A program made the position numbers and the translations under genes. A model generated the notes under the pieces. The model was given only the letters and a program-made list of their open reading frames with translations, did not search any database and was not told the DNA's origin. A stretch of DNA of 64,000 bases from an uncultured delta proteobacterium (GTDB lineage Bacteria; Desulfobacterota; Binatia; UBA9968). This document shows, piece after piece, positions 9,649 to 20,114 of this stretch (positions are counted from its first letter, which is position 1; each line of letters starts with the position of its first letter). The stretch lies in the NCBI GenBank assembly GCA_963816145.1, contig CAWFJP010000003.1:288001-352000 (forward strand). The letters are read 5' to 3'.

Positions 9649-11874
9649 ATGGCCTACAAAAGCGTCAACAGATCAGTTCCCCGCATCGAGGGTGCGGATA
9701 AAGTTTCAGGCAACATGCGCTATGCGGCAGACTTGAAATTCCCAGCAGCCTTGTCAGCGAAGATCTTACGCACCTCCCTGCCTCATGCACGAATCGTTAA
9801 CATCGATACGTCCAAAGCGGCTAAGTTGCGCGGCGTGCGCGGTATTATCACCGGCGCCGATGTCAAAGGCGTGATGGTCGGGCTGCGGATGAAAGACATG
9901 CCGCTATTGGCCCACGACAAGGTGCGTTATGTCGGTGAACCGGTTGCGGCGATTGCCGCCGACACCGACGAGATCGCCGAAGAGGCTTTGAATCTCATCG
10001 ACGTGCAGTATGAGGCCTTACCGTTCGTTACCGATCCGGTGGAGGCGACCGCGGTCGGCGCTCCTGTGTTGCACGACGATCCGATGGTTTACAAGAATGC
10101 GCCGGAGCGCGACATCGATCTGCCCAACGTGCAGTCCTACGGCAAGTGGTCCAACGGCGATCTCGATGCTGGATTCAAAAAAGCGGCGCGAATTTTCGAG
10201 CATACCTTCCGCACGCCGTTGGGCTTTCACGGCTACATCGAACCGCATGCTTGCACCGTGCAGATCCACGACGACGGCCAAGTCGAAATCTGGGCGTCGA
10301 ACAAAGCGCCTTTCTCTTTGCGCACAAGATTTGCCCGGGATGTTGGCGTCGAGGAAGCCAAGGTCAAAGTTCACATCCTGCCGGTTGGCGGCGATTTCGG
10401 CGGCAAGACCTCCGTCGTGGAGGCGCCGGTCTGCTATTTTCTCGCCAAGAAAACCGGCAAGGCGGTTCGCATGGTCTTGGAATACACCGAAGAGGTTACG
10501 GCGATCTCGCACCGCCATCCCGCGGTGATCACGCTGCGCACCGGCGTCGATGGCGATAACAAGATTTGCGCCATGGCCATCAAGGCGGTTTTTAGCGGCG
10601 GCGGTTATGCGGCGCTCAAAGCGAATGCGGAAGTGACGGTTCAGGGGCCGCGGCGTGCTGCAAGCTACTATCGCTTTCCCGCGATCCAGGTTGAAACCTT
10701 ATGCGCGTACACCAATCAAGTGCCCTGCACCCAAACGCGCACGCCGGGAAGCCCACAGACGACGTTCGCGGTCGAATCGCAGATCGATATCATTGCCCGC
10801 GAACTCGGTCTCGATCCCGTCGAGTTTCGCATGAAGAATCTGCTTAACGCCGGCGATCCGACGCCTTTCGGTCAAAAGCTTCAAGGCATCGTCGTCAAGG
10901 AAACCCTGAACAAGGCTTTGCAAGTTTCCGGCTGGAACAAACCGAAGGCAAAGAACGTCGGCCGCGGTCTCGCGGTCTACGAGCGTCCATCCGGCGCCGG
11001 CAAATCCGGCGCGGCGATAACGGTCGAGGCGGACGGCAGCGTCAGCATTAATCTCGGCGTGCCAGATGTCGGCCCCGGCATTCACACGGTCGTCCAGCAA
11101 ATCGTCAGCGAGGTTTTGGATTTGCCGCGCGAGCGCGTCAAAGTTGTCGTCATCGATACCGACAATTCACCGTTTGACTCCGGCACCGGCGGCAGCAAGT
11201 CGACCAACAGCGTCGGTACCGCCGCCTACCAAGCGGTCACTGAAATCAAAGAAAAACTTCTCTCGCTCGTGGCAGCGAAGTTTGGCTGCAAGAGCGAGGC
11301 GATTGAGGAATCAAAGGGGCGGTACAACGTGCCAGGGCAAAAGCCGATGTCTTGCACCGACATGATGTGTCACGCCGTCGGGCAGAATGGCGGGTCGCTA
11401 ACACACTTGAGCATTTACGAACCGGCCCGTGCGCCGATCACTTCGTTTGCTGTGCAGGTGGCCGAGGTCATCGTCGATCACGGCACGGGGCAAGTCAAAG
11501 TGACCAAACTCACCACCGTCCACGATTCCGGCACCGTGTTGAACCACCTTAGCTACACCGGCCAGATCGACGGCGGCATCGTCACCGGTTTAGGCTTCGC
11601 ACTGATGGAAGATAATTCGCTAATCGACGGCAAAATGGCCACGATCAATCTCGGCGAGTTCAAGATGGCCAGCATCGCCGATCTGCCGAAACTAACTACA
11701 GTATTGATGGAAAGCCCCGCTGGCCCGATCCCCTATCATGGCAAAGCCATAGCGGAGATTCCCAACGTGCCGACCGCAGCCGCCATTGCCAACGCCGTGC
11801 AGGATGCCTGCGGTGTGCGGATTTTGGATTTACCGATAACCGCGGAGAAGGTTTATGGGGCGCTGAAGAATTAG
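9649..11874 (+). CDS. Xanthine dehydrogenase family molybdopterin-binding (large) subunit
   Basis: PHARI..IDTSKA, VRYVGEPVAA, VGGDFGGK, DVGPGIHT, GQIDGGIVTGLG.AL.E, KAIAE. Confidence 0.92.
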   Translation: MAYKSVNRSVPRIEGADKVSGNMRYAADLKFPAALSAKILRTSLPHARIVNIDTSKAAKLRGVRGIITGADVKGVMVGLRMKDMPLLAHDKVRYVGEPVAAIAADTDEIAEEALNLIDVQYEALPFVTDPVEATAVGAPVLHDDPMVYKNAPERDIDLPNVQSYGKWSNGDLDAGFKKAARIFEHTFRTPLGFHGYIEPHACTVQIHDDGQVEIWASNKAPFSLRTRFARDVGVEEAKVKVHILPVGGDFGGKTSVVEAPVCYFLAKKTGKAVRMVLEYTEEVTAISHRHPAVITLRTGVDGDNKICAMAIKAVFSGGGYAALKANAEVTVQGPRRAASYYRFPAIQVETLCAYTNQVPCTQTRTPGSPQTTFAVESQIDIIARELGLDPVEFRMKNLLNAGDPTPFGQKLQGIVVKETLNKALQVSGWNKPKAKNVGRGLAVYERPSGAGKSGAAITVEADGSVSINLGVPDVGPGIHTVVQQIVSEVLDLPRERVKVVVIDTDNSPFDSGTGGSKSTNSVGTAAYQAVTEIKEKLLSLVAAKFGCKSEAIEESKGRYNVPGQKPMSCTDMMCHAVGQNGGSLTHLSIYEPARAPITSFAVQVAEVIVDHGTGQVKVTKLTTVHDSGTVLNHLSYTGQIDGGIVTGLGFALMEDNSLIDGKMATINLGEFKMASIADLPKLTTVLMESPAGPIPYHGKAIAEIPNVPTAAAIANAVQDACGVRILDLPITAEKVYGALKN

Positions 11875-11952
11875 CAACGGAACGGTTAGCCGCAAAAAAC
11901 GCAAAACCGATTACGGGATGTAGAAACAACCCCCTGTGGTTGCCCTTCCGAT

Positions 11953-12243
11953 CTAAACACCATCAACAAAATACTGCTCCGCCCGCGCGATATGACGCGC
12001 TGGATCAGGATCGAGGGAGCGGCGCTCATCCGACTGATAGAAGGCTTGATTCTGGGTATCCCAATCTTCCGAATCGTCGCGGCTCAAGAACCAAACGAAT
12101 TGGTTGGTCTCAGTGATCTTCCAACCACCGCTCACATGAAAGCCAAACTTTGCTCGTAGTGGTTTGATCTGGTCACGCCACTCGGTAGCAAATGCGTCAA
12201 GAGCGCCGCGGTTGATCGTGTAGATGTGAATTTGAGTGGGCAT
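11953..12243 (-). CDS. NIPSNAP-family small protein
   Basis: 96 aa; Q.HIYTI..G..D.F...W...I.PLR.K.GF...G.W......FVW pattern. Confidence 0.7.
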   Translation of the reverse strand: MPTQIHIYTINRGALDAFATEWRDQIKPLRAKFGFHVSGGWKITETNQFVWFLSRDDSEDWDTQNQAFYQSDERRSLDPDPARHIARAEQYFVDGV

Positions 12244-12318
12244 GAGATCCTACGGCCTCCAATGGGGCAAGCACCTCTAGCGTTAATCCAACTTTCTGCT
12301 CTACAGGGAATTGGAAAG

Positions 12319-12407
12319 TCCGTCATGCCGGCGCAAGCCGGCATCCAGGCTCGATTTCGGTTTAGACTCAAACAAACCTGGATTCCGGCCTCCGCCGGAA
12401 TGACGGA
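12319..12407. repeat. ~80-bp paired palindromic element (copy 3)
   Basis: tccgtcatgccggcgcaagccggcatccagg ... cctggattccggcctccgccggaatgacgga. Confidence 0.85.
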
Positions 12408-12485
12408 AAGGTAAACCGAGATCCGGTCAACAGTCGCGTTCTATCGCGGTTCTAACAACTTGCCAACCTGATCTCCATTGCCAAG

Positions 12486-14070
12486 TTATGATTCCGAACT
12501 TTGCGCTAACTCGAACTTGCCATCCTTATCCTGCCTAATCTTCCCATCCTCGTATAACTGCGCCACCGTGTTGGCGACGGTTTTATAATCCACCTTGGCA
12601 AAATTCTCCAGTAGATCGGCGAAGAAGCAGTGCGACTTACCCAGTGCTGCAGTGATTTTTTCACTCAAGGTCGCGACGGTTTCAGTCTGCTTGATTTCAG
12701 CTTTCCGTTTGGCCGTGATTTCCGCCGCGCCCAGATAGTCACTCAATTGGACCTTGTCTTGATTAAAATAGACGATCCGCTTGTAGCGTTCCGCGGGAAT
12801 ATTTTCCGGGATCGTTGCGTCGATCCCCATCTTGGCGGTGGTCGGCACTTTGCCATGGATGGGCAGGGACAGCGACGGATCGAGGGGTTTCGATCTGGCG
12901 TTGGAGACGATGACTACGTCACGGTCGGCTTGAACCCGCGTCGCCACCGCCCACTCGACATCGACGGGGTCGAATACATCGATATCGTCGTCGACGATGG
13001 TGACATGCTTGATATCCGCGATGGACAAAAGCGCCATGATCGCGTTCTTGCCGTCGCCCGGCACTTTCTTGATCGACGCGACGATATGCCAGTGACAGCA
13101 GCCGCCGGGGGTAACGTTGATGGCGACCGTCTGCACGCCGGCTTCGAAGAGCACCCGGCGGGCGGCAGCTTCATAGATGGGCGCCGACATCCAAATGTTT
13201 TCCCAGGGCATTTGCAGTGCGTAATACATCGCGTCCTTGCGATGCATGATCGCTTTGATGCGCACTCGCGGGTTCATATGCATGCCGCCCATGAGCCGGT
13301 TGAACTCCGAGAACGGCCCTTCAGTGTGCACCCAACCTTCTGGCAAGGATTTCCCCTTCGAGGACGATCTCCGCGTCGGCGATGCACGGCACCGGCACGG
13401 TCTCGCCATCGGCGAGTCGCAGCGGTTCATGGCGGAGGCCGCCGGCAAAGGTCAATTCGTTAACGCCGAGGTTGGCCTTGAAGGTTGACGCGACGAGTTC
13501 GTAGGGATGGGTGCCGATGGAAATCGAGATCGGCAACGGCTTCTTCTTTGCCAACGCCCGCTCGGCGAACCGACGCATATTGTTGGGCGTGACGATGTCG
13601 ATGCCGGTGACGTTGCGTTCTTTGAGCATTAGACGGTAGATGCCGGCGTTGATGCCGAACTCCGGGTCCTCGGCGATGACCACCCCGCCGGTGATCATCG
13701 GCCCGCCGTCCATCACCGAGAACACCGGCACCGGCAGATCGAAGAGATTAACTTTCTTGCCGGTGATTTTGACTTCTTTCACCGGCGCGTTGGCGACCCG
13801 CTTGGGCTGAATTGGCTTGTCCATCGCCTTGCCCAGCTTGTCGGCGATGTTTGCATAGTCGACACCCATGCCCAGAGCGATGCGATTGCGGGATTGCAAC
13901 AGACCAGAAGCCAACGACATGGAATAACCAGGTAGATTTTTGAACAGCAAGGCCTTTTCCGACTGCGCGACTAGGGCGGCGACATCGCGCAGATCCACCG
14001 GCTTGGTAATCTCCAAAAGTTCGTTGTTTTTGCGCAGAATCTCGATGTAATCGCGAAAGCTCGCCTTCAT
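12486..14070 (-). CDS. UbiD-family decarboxylase with C-terminal extension, one frameshift (~13355)
   Basis: N-half 13321..14070 (DGGPMITGG, NAGIYR, ADAEIVLEG) and C-half 12486..13448 (EGPFSEF, TPGGCCHWH, VDDDIDVFD..DVEWAVATRVQAD). Confidence 0.88.
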
Positions 14071-14342
14071 GAATGGACTCCCAGGGGTTTGATTGATGGA
14101 GACTTAACATGGGAATGTGGTTAATTCCAATGTTGATAAAGCAAGCAAAGAGATTTCTCCCTGCGGTCGAAATGACAGAACGGAATTGCGAATGTCTAGT
14201 TAGCGAGAAACTCACGGAGATGAAAATTCCGAACTTCGTGCCCTTCGCGCCTTCGTGGTGAGTCCTCTCTGTCACACATTTCGCAATGCCACCGCTATGT
14301 GTTATAAACGCGGGCGAACTTATCGAATTTGAAAGGCGACCT

Positions 14343-15341
14343 ATGGCTACCTTCGGACTTACTTTGGCAAACCGCGGCGTGATCATCGGCGCGGTGACGG
14401 TACCGGAGCTCTTCGACATGGCGAAACGCGGCGAGGACTCCGGCGCCTTTAGCGCAGTTTGGGTCGGCGACAGCTTGCTCGCCAAGCCGCGCTTGGAGTC
14501 CATCGCCCTGCTTTCTGCGCTCGCGGTGGTGACCAAGAAAGTAAAACTCGCTGTCGGTTGCATGGCGACGTTTCCGCACCGCCATCCGGCCCTATTGGCG
14601 CAACAATGGGCGAGCTTAGACGTGATCTCCGGCGGCCGCTCCTGGTTGGCGGTCTGCCTCGGTGGTCCCAACGAGCAGAGCCCCGCCCAAGCGCTTGAAC
14701 ATAAGGTGATGGGTATCAAGGACACCGAGCGCGTGGCGCGGTTGGAAGAAGGCATCGTCATTCTGAAAAAGCTTTTTCACGAAGAAAAGGCGTCGCACAA
14801 AGGGCGCTTTTATGAATTCGAAGGCGTGACCATTCAACCGCACCCGGTGCAGAACCCGCTGCCGATCTGGATCGCCAGCAATCCCACCGGTCTTACTTGG
14901 AAAGATGGCGCCAGCGCGCCCTCGCCCGCGGTCGAAAAAGGACTGCGGCGTGTGGCCAAATATGCCGACGGCTGGATGACCAACAAGGTCACGCCGGAGG
15001 AGTTCAAATCGCAGTGGACGCGGATCTTGGCGATGGCCAAAGAAGAAGGCCGCGATCCGTCAAAGATCGGCAGTTCGCTCTATCACAACATCAACATCAA
15101 CGAGAGCCGCCAAGCCGCATTGGACGAGAGCAAAGCGTTTCTCGACAAATACTATACCTCCAATTTCAGCATGAAGTTCGTCGAAGGCTTCACAACCGCC
15201 GGCAGCCCGAAACAATGCATCGATGAGCTCAAAGCCTATTTCGCCGCCGGCATCGAACACATCACCCTGCGCATGACGTCGTGGGACCAGGGCGGCCAAC
15301 TCAAGCGCTTTCTCGATGAAGTCGTGCCGGCGTTTAAGTAA
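14343..15341 (+). CDS. LLM-class flavin-dependent oxidoreductase
   Basis: AVWVGDSLL.KPR, HPALLAQQWASLDVISGGR, RVAKYADGW. Confidence 0.9.
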   Translation: MATFGLTLANRGVIIGAVTVPELFDMAKRGEDSGAFSAVWVGDSLLAKPRLESIALLSALAVVTKKVKLAVGCMATFPHRHPALLAQQWASLDVISGGRSWLAVCLGGPNEQSPAQALEHKVMGIKDTERVARLEEGIVILKKLFHEEKASHKGRFYEFEGVTIQPHPVQNPLPIWIASNPTGLTWKDGASAPSPAVEKGLRRVAKYADGWMTNKVTPEEFKSQWTRILAMAKEEGRDPSKIGSSLYHNININESRQAALDESKAFLDKYYTSNFSMKFVEGFTTAGSPKQCIDELKAYFAAGIEHITLRMTSWDQGGQLKRFLDEVVPAFK

Positions 15342-15439
15342 AAGGAGGAGCGTTGCAGTGGTGAGATAATGGAGCGATGGGTCGAAACACTTTCCACCCG
15401 CCGCTCTGGACAGCATTACTCCGACATCCCAATTAGTCC

Positions 15440-16210
15440 ATGATACAAGGCATCGATCATCTCGTCATAGTGGTTAAGGATCTCGATGAAGCGGCGCGAG
15501 ACTATCGCCAGTTGGGCTTCACCGTCGTGCCCGGCGGCCAGCATCCGGTAGGCAGCCATAATGTCTTGATCTCTTTCGCAGACGGCTCTTACCTCGAAAT
15601 CATCGCTTTCTACCGCGACGCGATCGATCATCGTTGGTGGGACCCGCTGCACAAGGGCGAACGACTGGTCGATTTTTGTTTTCAGACCGACGATCTGCGC
15701 GGTGATACCAAGAAGCTCCACGACGCCGGCGTCGCGATCAACAACCCGGTGCCTTGGTCGCGCAAACGGCCCGACGGCTTCGAACTCAAATGGTTGCTGT
15801 CGTTGGCCACCGGCAGCCACCGTGGCGTAGCGCCGTTCTTGATCGAAGACGTGACCCCGCGCGGCGAGCGCATCCCCCAACAATTTAGCCATGCCAACCA
15901 GATCACCGGAATCGAAAAAGTGATCCTCGCGGTCGGGGAACTTGGGCAAATCGACAAATGGTACAGCGCTCTTCTAGATGTCAAAGGCGAACCGTTTGCC
16001 GACACTGCACTCGGAGCGGACGGACTGCGCTTTCAGGTGGGCGCCCAGCGTTTTGAATTCTTGACTCCACGGGATGCCGCCAGCCCGCTGATCTCTTGGC
16101 TGCGCGAGTTTGGCCCGTCGCCCTATGCGGCGGTCTTGAAGTCGGCCGGCGGCGCCGCGCAGTCTCTCGATGTCAGGCTCACGCATGGAGCTCAGTTATT
16201 GGTTTGTTAG
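15440..16210 (+). CDS. VOC/glyoxalase-like (Glyoxalase_3) protein
   Basis: IDHLVIVV.DL, GGQHPVGSHN.LI.F.DGSYLEI, RPDG..L.W, PFLIED.TPR. Confidence 0.85.
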   Translation: MIQGIDHLVIVVKDLDEAARDYRQLGFTVVPGGQHPVGSHNVLISFADGSYLEIIAFYRDAIDHRWWDPLHKGERLVDFCFQTDDLRGDTKKLHDAGVAINNPVPWSRKRPDGFELKWLLSLATGSHRGVAPFLIEDVTPRGERIPQQFSHANQITGIEKVILAVGELGQIDKWYSALLDVKGEPFADTALGADGLRFQVGAQRFEFLTPRDAASPLISWLREFGPSPYAAVLKSAGGAAQSLDVRLTHGAQLLVC

Positions 16211-16255
16211 AGCTTTCGTGCGGTCCATAGTCAACTCTGCCGAGGAGAATCAAAG

Positions 16256-16948
16256 ATGACGTTGCAAGAAAAACTCGCGTTGGCCTGTCGCATTCTGGCG
16301 ATGCAGGGGCACAACGATATGATCTACGGTCATGTGTCGGCCCGCACCGAACGACCCGACCAGTATTGGATCAAAGGCTCGGGCATCGGACTCGAAGAGG
16401 CCACCGCCGACGACATGGTGCTCATCGACTTCGACGGCAACACCCTCGCCGGCAGACGCAAACGGCACAACGAGTTCCCGATTCACAGCGAAGTCTACCG
16501 AACCAACCCGGATATCATGTGCGTGATCCACACCCACCCGACGTACTCGACTATCATCGCCTCGTCCGATAAGTCGATTCTGCCGATCACCAATCTGAGC
16601 TGCGCCTTCTATCCGCCGGCCATCGACAAGTTCGAGGAGTCCTCGGATCTGATCGTCACGCCCGAGCAAGGCATTTCGGTGGCCAAACTTTTGGGCGAAC
16701 ACAAGATCGTGCTTTTGCGCAATCACGGCATCGTCGTCGCCGGCCCTAACATCGAGGAGACCTGCATCCGCGGTGTGCTGCTCGAACATAGCGCCAAGAC
16801 CCAAGTCACAGCGGCCTCCATGGGCGTGTTTACCTGGGCCACCGACGCCGACGCGTTATTGAAGCGAAAGCGGATTTACCGTCCCGATGCCATGCTGAAT
16901 CTGTGGGAGTATTACCTGCGGATGTTGCAGAGACACGAAAGCAAATAA
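16256..16948 (+). CDS. Class II aldolase/adducin family protein
   Basis: GHVSAR, E.PIHSEVY, VIHTHP, LLRNHG Zn-binding His motifs. Confidence 0.9.
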   Translation: MTLQEKLALACRILAMQGHNDMIYGHVSARTERPDQYWIKGSGIGLEEATADDMVLIDFDGNTLAGRRKRHNEFPIHSEVYRTNPDIMCVIHTHPTYSTIIASSDKSILPITNLSCAFYPPAIDKFEESSDLIVTPEQGISVAKLLGEHKIVLLRNHGIVVAGPNIEETCIRGVLLEHSAKTQVTAASMGVFTWATDADALLKRKRIYRPDAMLNLWEYYLRMLQRHESK

Positions 16949-16973
16949 ACGCTCAATCGGCTGATGACAGCCT

Positions 16974-17053
16974 CCGTTCAAAACGTTCAAGTCGTTCAAA
17001 CCGTTGTCTCCCGACGTTTTGAACGATTTGAACTGCTTAAACGTTTTGAACGG
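16974..17053. repeat. Inverted array of 9-bp units (TTGAACGNT)
   Basis: Three cgttcaa units facing four ttgaac-like units, between convergent genes. Confidence 0.7.
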
Positions 17054-17067
17054 CGCGCTTTGCGCGC

Positions 17068-18258
17068 CTATCGATGTATCCCCAAAAACGCGAAGACCTT
17101 CGCCGCATTGAAAACATTGTTCAATGCCACCAGATCATGATCGGTGTGCTGAAAGCGAATGTCGCGGGAGCCGTAGTTGATCGCCTGGATGCCGCGATGA
17201 TTGAATAGGCCGGTGTCGTTGGCTGCGGTCGAGTAGGAAAACTTCGGTTCATAGTTGAGCATGGTTCGTATCCCCTGCTCCAGCACCTGCACCACTTCGG
17301 CGTCTTTGGCGACTTCGCTCGGATACATGAAATCGCGCGGCTGAACTTCGATCTCGAACGGCTCGATCTTGCCGATGGCATCGATCATCTGCTGGATCGC
17401 TTTGGCGGGATCGTCGCCAGGCAGCAGCCGGCGATCGAACATGATGCGGCATTCGCTCTGGATCGTGTGGGTCGCTTTGGGGAAACTTTCGATGGCGTTG
17501 GTGGTGAGACTCACGTTGCCCAATTCCGGATGATGCTTATCCTCTGGTGTCGGCATCAACGGCTTGAGTTTTTCCATCACCTGCATGGCGCCGTCGATGG
17601 CGTTGATCCCTTCCCAGGGCCGGCTGCTATGGGCCTGCTTGCCTTTGACGACGATCAGTACGTCGACCCGGCCTTTATTGCCGAGTTGAATTTCCGGCGG
17701 ACCGTCGATGACGCACCACTCCGCCTGCACGTTGGCGTTATCGAGCACGTAAGCCAGCGAGTCATGTTTGCCGGTTTCGCCAGCAGTGCTAACGACAAAA
17801 TAGAGATCGCTGGGCAGTTCGACATTGTTGGTACCGATAAATTTAACCGCCGCCATCATCGCCGCTAAGCTGCCCTTTTGTTCACAAGCGCCGCGCCCCC
17901 AAACGCATTCGCCGCCGAGCTTATAGGGCGCGCCATCGACGATTTCGCCGGAATAGGGATTTTTCATCGTGCTCGGCGCCGCGCACATGGCGTAGCCGAC
18001 CAACATCAAACGGCCCTTGGGCTGGCGCCCCTTGATGATGAGAATCAGATTGCCCATCTTGTCGATGAACGGCTTGAGCCCGGACTGCTGCAGCTCCGGC
18101 ATGACCACATCTTTGATCAGTGCGAGAACCTGCGGCTCTGCCTCGAGCAACCGCGTCTGCGGACTGGCATGTTGCACCAGCTTCACGGTCAGCCGCTTCA
18201 CTTCATCGTAATTCAGATTCTTGTCAATCAATTTCTTGGCAGTACCCGCATCCAGCAT
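17068..18258 (-). CDS. M20/M25/M40 peptidase-fold protein (ArgE/DapE-like) with altered metal ligands
   Basis: WGRGACEQKG, GKQAHSSRPWEGINAI, dimerisation domain DRRLLPG; canonical HxD replaced by YAM. Confidence 0.8.
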   Translation of the reverse strand: MLDAGTAKKLIDKNLNYDEVKRLTVKLVQHASPQTRLLEAEPQVLALIKDVVMPELQQSGLKPFIDKMGNLILIIKGRQPKGRLMLVGYAMCAAPSTMKNPYSGEIVDGAPYKLGGECVWGRGACEQKGSLAAMMAAVKFIGTNNVELPSDLYFVVSTAGETGKHDSLAYVLDNANVQAEWCVIDGPPEIQLGNKGRVDVLIVVKGKQAHSSRPWEGINAIDGAMQVMEKLKPLMPTPEDKHHPELGNVSLTTNAIESFPKATHTIQSECRIMFDRRLLPGDDPAKAIQQMIDAIGKIEPFEIEVQPRDFMYPSEVAKDAEVVQVLEQGIRTMLNYEPKFSYSTAANDTGLFNHRGIQAINYGSRDIRFQHTDHDLVALNNVFNAAKVFAFLGIHR

Positions 18259-18288
18259 ACAAATCTACCTCTCGCGTCAAATCGACTC

Positions 18289-20004
18289 TCAATACCGCTC
18301 AAACCCGCTGACTTTACCAATCTTGCGGGCGATCAAGATTAGCGTCATGCAGAGCACGCTCACGACCAGCGCCAGCGAACACATCGGCCCCAAATTGCCG
18401 TCGACGTAAAAATGATAAAGCAAGGGTCCCAAGGGCTCGGATCCCGGCGAATAAAGAAATACCGAGGTGCTGAACTCGCGCAAATAGATCGACGCCAAGA
18501 GAATCCAACCGGCGATGAATCCAGGCCGCAACAAGGGCAAAAGAATTCGCCGAAAGGTAGTCAAAAAACTCGCGCCGCACACCATCGAGGCCTGCTGCAA
18601 GTCATCGTGCAATTGCACAATCGTGCTGGTCATCGTGCGCAAACCGTAGGGCAAAAATCGCGTGATGTAGGCGATCATGAGGATCCACAACGTACCGTAT
18701 ATCGGCAGCGGTATATACACATAGGTCCAAAGCAACCCGATCGCCAACGCGGTACCGGGAAAGGCCCAAGGGATAAATGTCAAGGCTTCGATCACGCCGC
18801 GGCCGGTCACTTTGGTCTTGGTGGTGACCCAAGCGGTGAGCGCCGCCAAGAGCATGCAAACCGTCGCGCCGCCGATGGCGAGAAATAGGCTGTTTTGCAA
18901 CGCCCGGTAGGTGCGCGTATCGGCGAGATTGGTCGCGTAGTTCTCCAGCGTCAAGAGCTCCCAGGTCTTGGCGCCCGGCACATGGATATAGGTAATGAAA
19001 GAAACATAGATCAACACCAACGACGGCAGGACGACAATCAGGATCAGGATCGCTGCCGCTAGCGCCGACGCCGCGTAACGCCAAGGCCCCAAGTCGATGA
19101 TCATCGGCCGATAACCGCGACCGGTCACCGTCACGTAGCGCTCCGAGCGCGCGGTCATGTGGCGATAGAAGTAAACGAAGATCATGGTGATGAATAGCAA
19201 GGTCACGCCGTAGGCGGCGGCAAGATTCTGATTGGGCGGGAACGCACCGATCGCTTCGCGGTAAATCTTGGTGGTGAAGACTTCGATGCGCGCCGGCAGC
19301 GCGATGATCGCCGGCGTATCGAAGCTTTCGATGGCGCGAACGAAATTCAACATCGCCGAAGAGAGCAAGGCCGGCCGGACAATCGGCAAAGTGATGCGCC
19401 AGGCGATCTGCAAATTGCTCGAACCGGCAACCCGCGCCGACTCCTCGAGCGAGGGGTCCATCGAGTAGAGCGCGGCTGAGACCATCAGGAACGCCAGCGG
19501 TGTGGTAATCAAACTCTCGACGAACACCATGCCCCAGAGCGAGTAAATGTTGAAAGGCGCTGCGGCCAGATCGAAGCTCGCCATGAGAAAGCGATTGATC
19601 AGCCCGGTGCGCGGACTCAACAACACTGTCCATGCCACCGACAACATCACCGGCGGAAAAATATTCGGCACGATGGCAGCGATCTCAAAGAACTTACGAA
19701 ACGGCGCGTTGGTGCGGATCGAGATCCATGCCAGGGTTGCCGCCAGTGCCGTGGCCACAACGGCTGAGCCTCCGGCGAAAATAAATGAATTGAACAACAG
19801 CTGATAGGTGAGCGGATCGCTGTAGGCGCTGATATAGTGCGCCAAGGTGAATTCGCCGGGGACGCCCAACGGCTTGCTGCGAAAGCTGCCGTAAAACAGC
19901 ATCACGGTCGGCGACAGGCTTAGATAACCGATCACCACGCCAACGAACAGCACCACCCCCAATTGCGGGTCGCGTCGAAACATACCGACTAGCCGGGAAA
20001 TCAT
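18289..20004 (-). CDS. ABC transporter permease, FbpB-like (two EAA modules)
   Basis: Many TM helices; DPSLEESARVAG and LQQASMVCGA loops. Confidence 0.9.
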   Translation of the reverse strand: MISRLVGMFRRDPQLGVVLFVGVVIGYLSLSPTVMLFYGSFRSKPLGVPGEFTLAHYISAYSDPLTYQLLFNSFIFAGGSAVVATALAATLAWISIRTNAPFRKFFEIAAIVPNIFPPVMLSVAWTVLLSPRTGLINRFLMASFDLAAAPFNIYSLWGMVFVESLITTPLAFLMVSAALYSMDPSLEESARVAGSSNLQIAWRITLPIVRPALLSSAMLNFVRAIESFDTPAIIALPARIEVFTTKIYREAIGAFPPNQNLAAAYGVTLLFITMIFVYFYRHMTARSERYVTVTGRGYRPMIIDLGPWRYAASALAAAILILIVVLPSLVLIYVSFITYIHVPGAKTWELLTLENYATNLADTRTYRALQNSLFLAIGGATVCMLLAALTAWVTTKTKVTGRGVIEALTFIPWAFPGTALAIGLLWTYVYIPLPIYGTLWILMIAYITRFLPYGLRTMTSTIVQLHDDLQQASMVCGASFLTTFRRILLPLLRPGFIAGWILLASIYLREFSTSVFLYSPGSEPLGPLLYHFYVDGNLGPMCSLALVVSVLCMTLILIARKIGKVSGFERY

Positions 20005-20054
20005 CGCCGAATCTTAACTCCCTCAAGGATGCGGGCTCGGATTGTCAAAATAAC

Positions 20055-20081
20055 AAGGGCCAGCCGGTGTGGCTGGCCCTT
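20055..20081 (-). terminator. Hairpin (terminator or mRNA stabiliser) between SBP and permease genes
   Basis: aagggccagcc-ggtgt-ggctggccctt 11-bp stem followed by T-rich sequence on both strands. Confidence 0.55.
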
Positions 20082-20114
20082 CTTTATTCCCTAATCGTAA
20101 CCGCTTTTCAAGAA

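Noticed and set aside
13321-13448. Split genes as programmed ribosomal frameshifts or true two-subunit enzymes
   Set aside because: No slippery heptamers are evident, the breaks fall mid-domain in many unrelated families, and they fit indel error.
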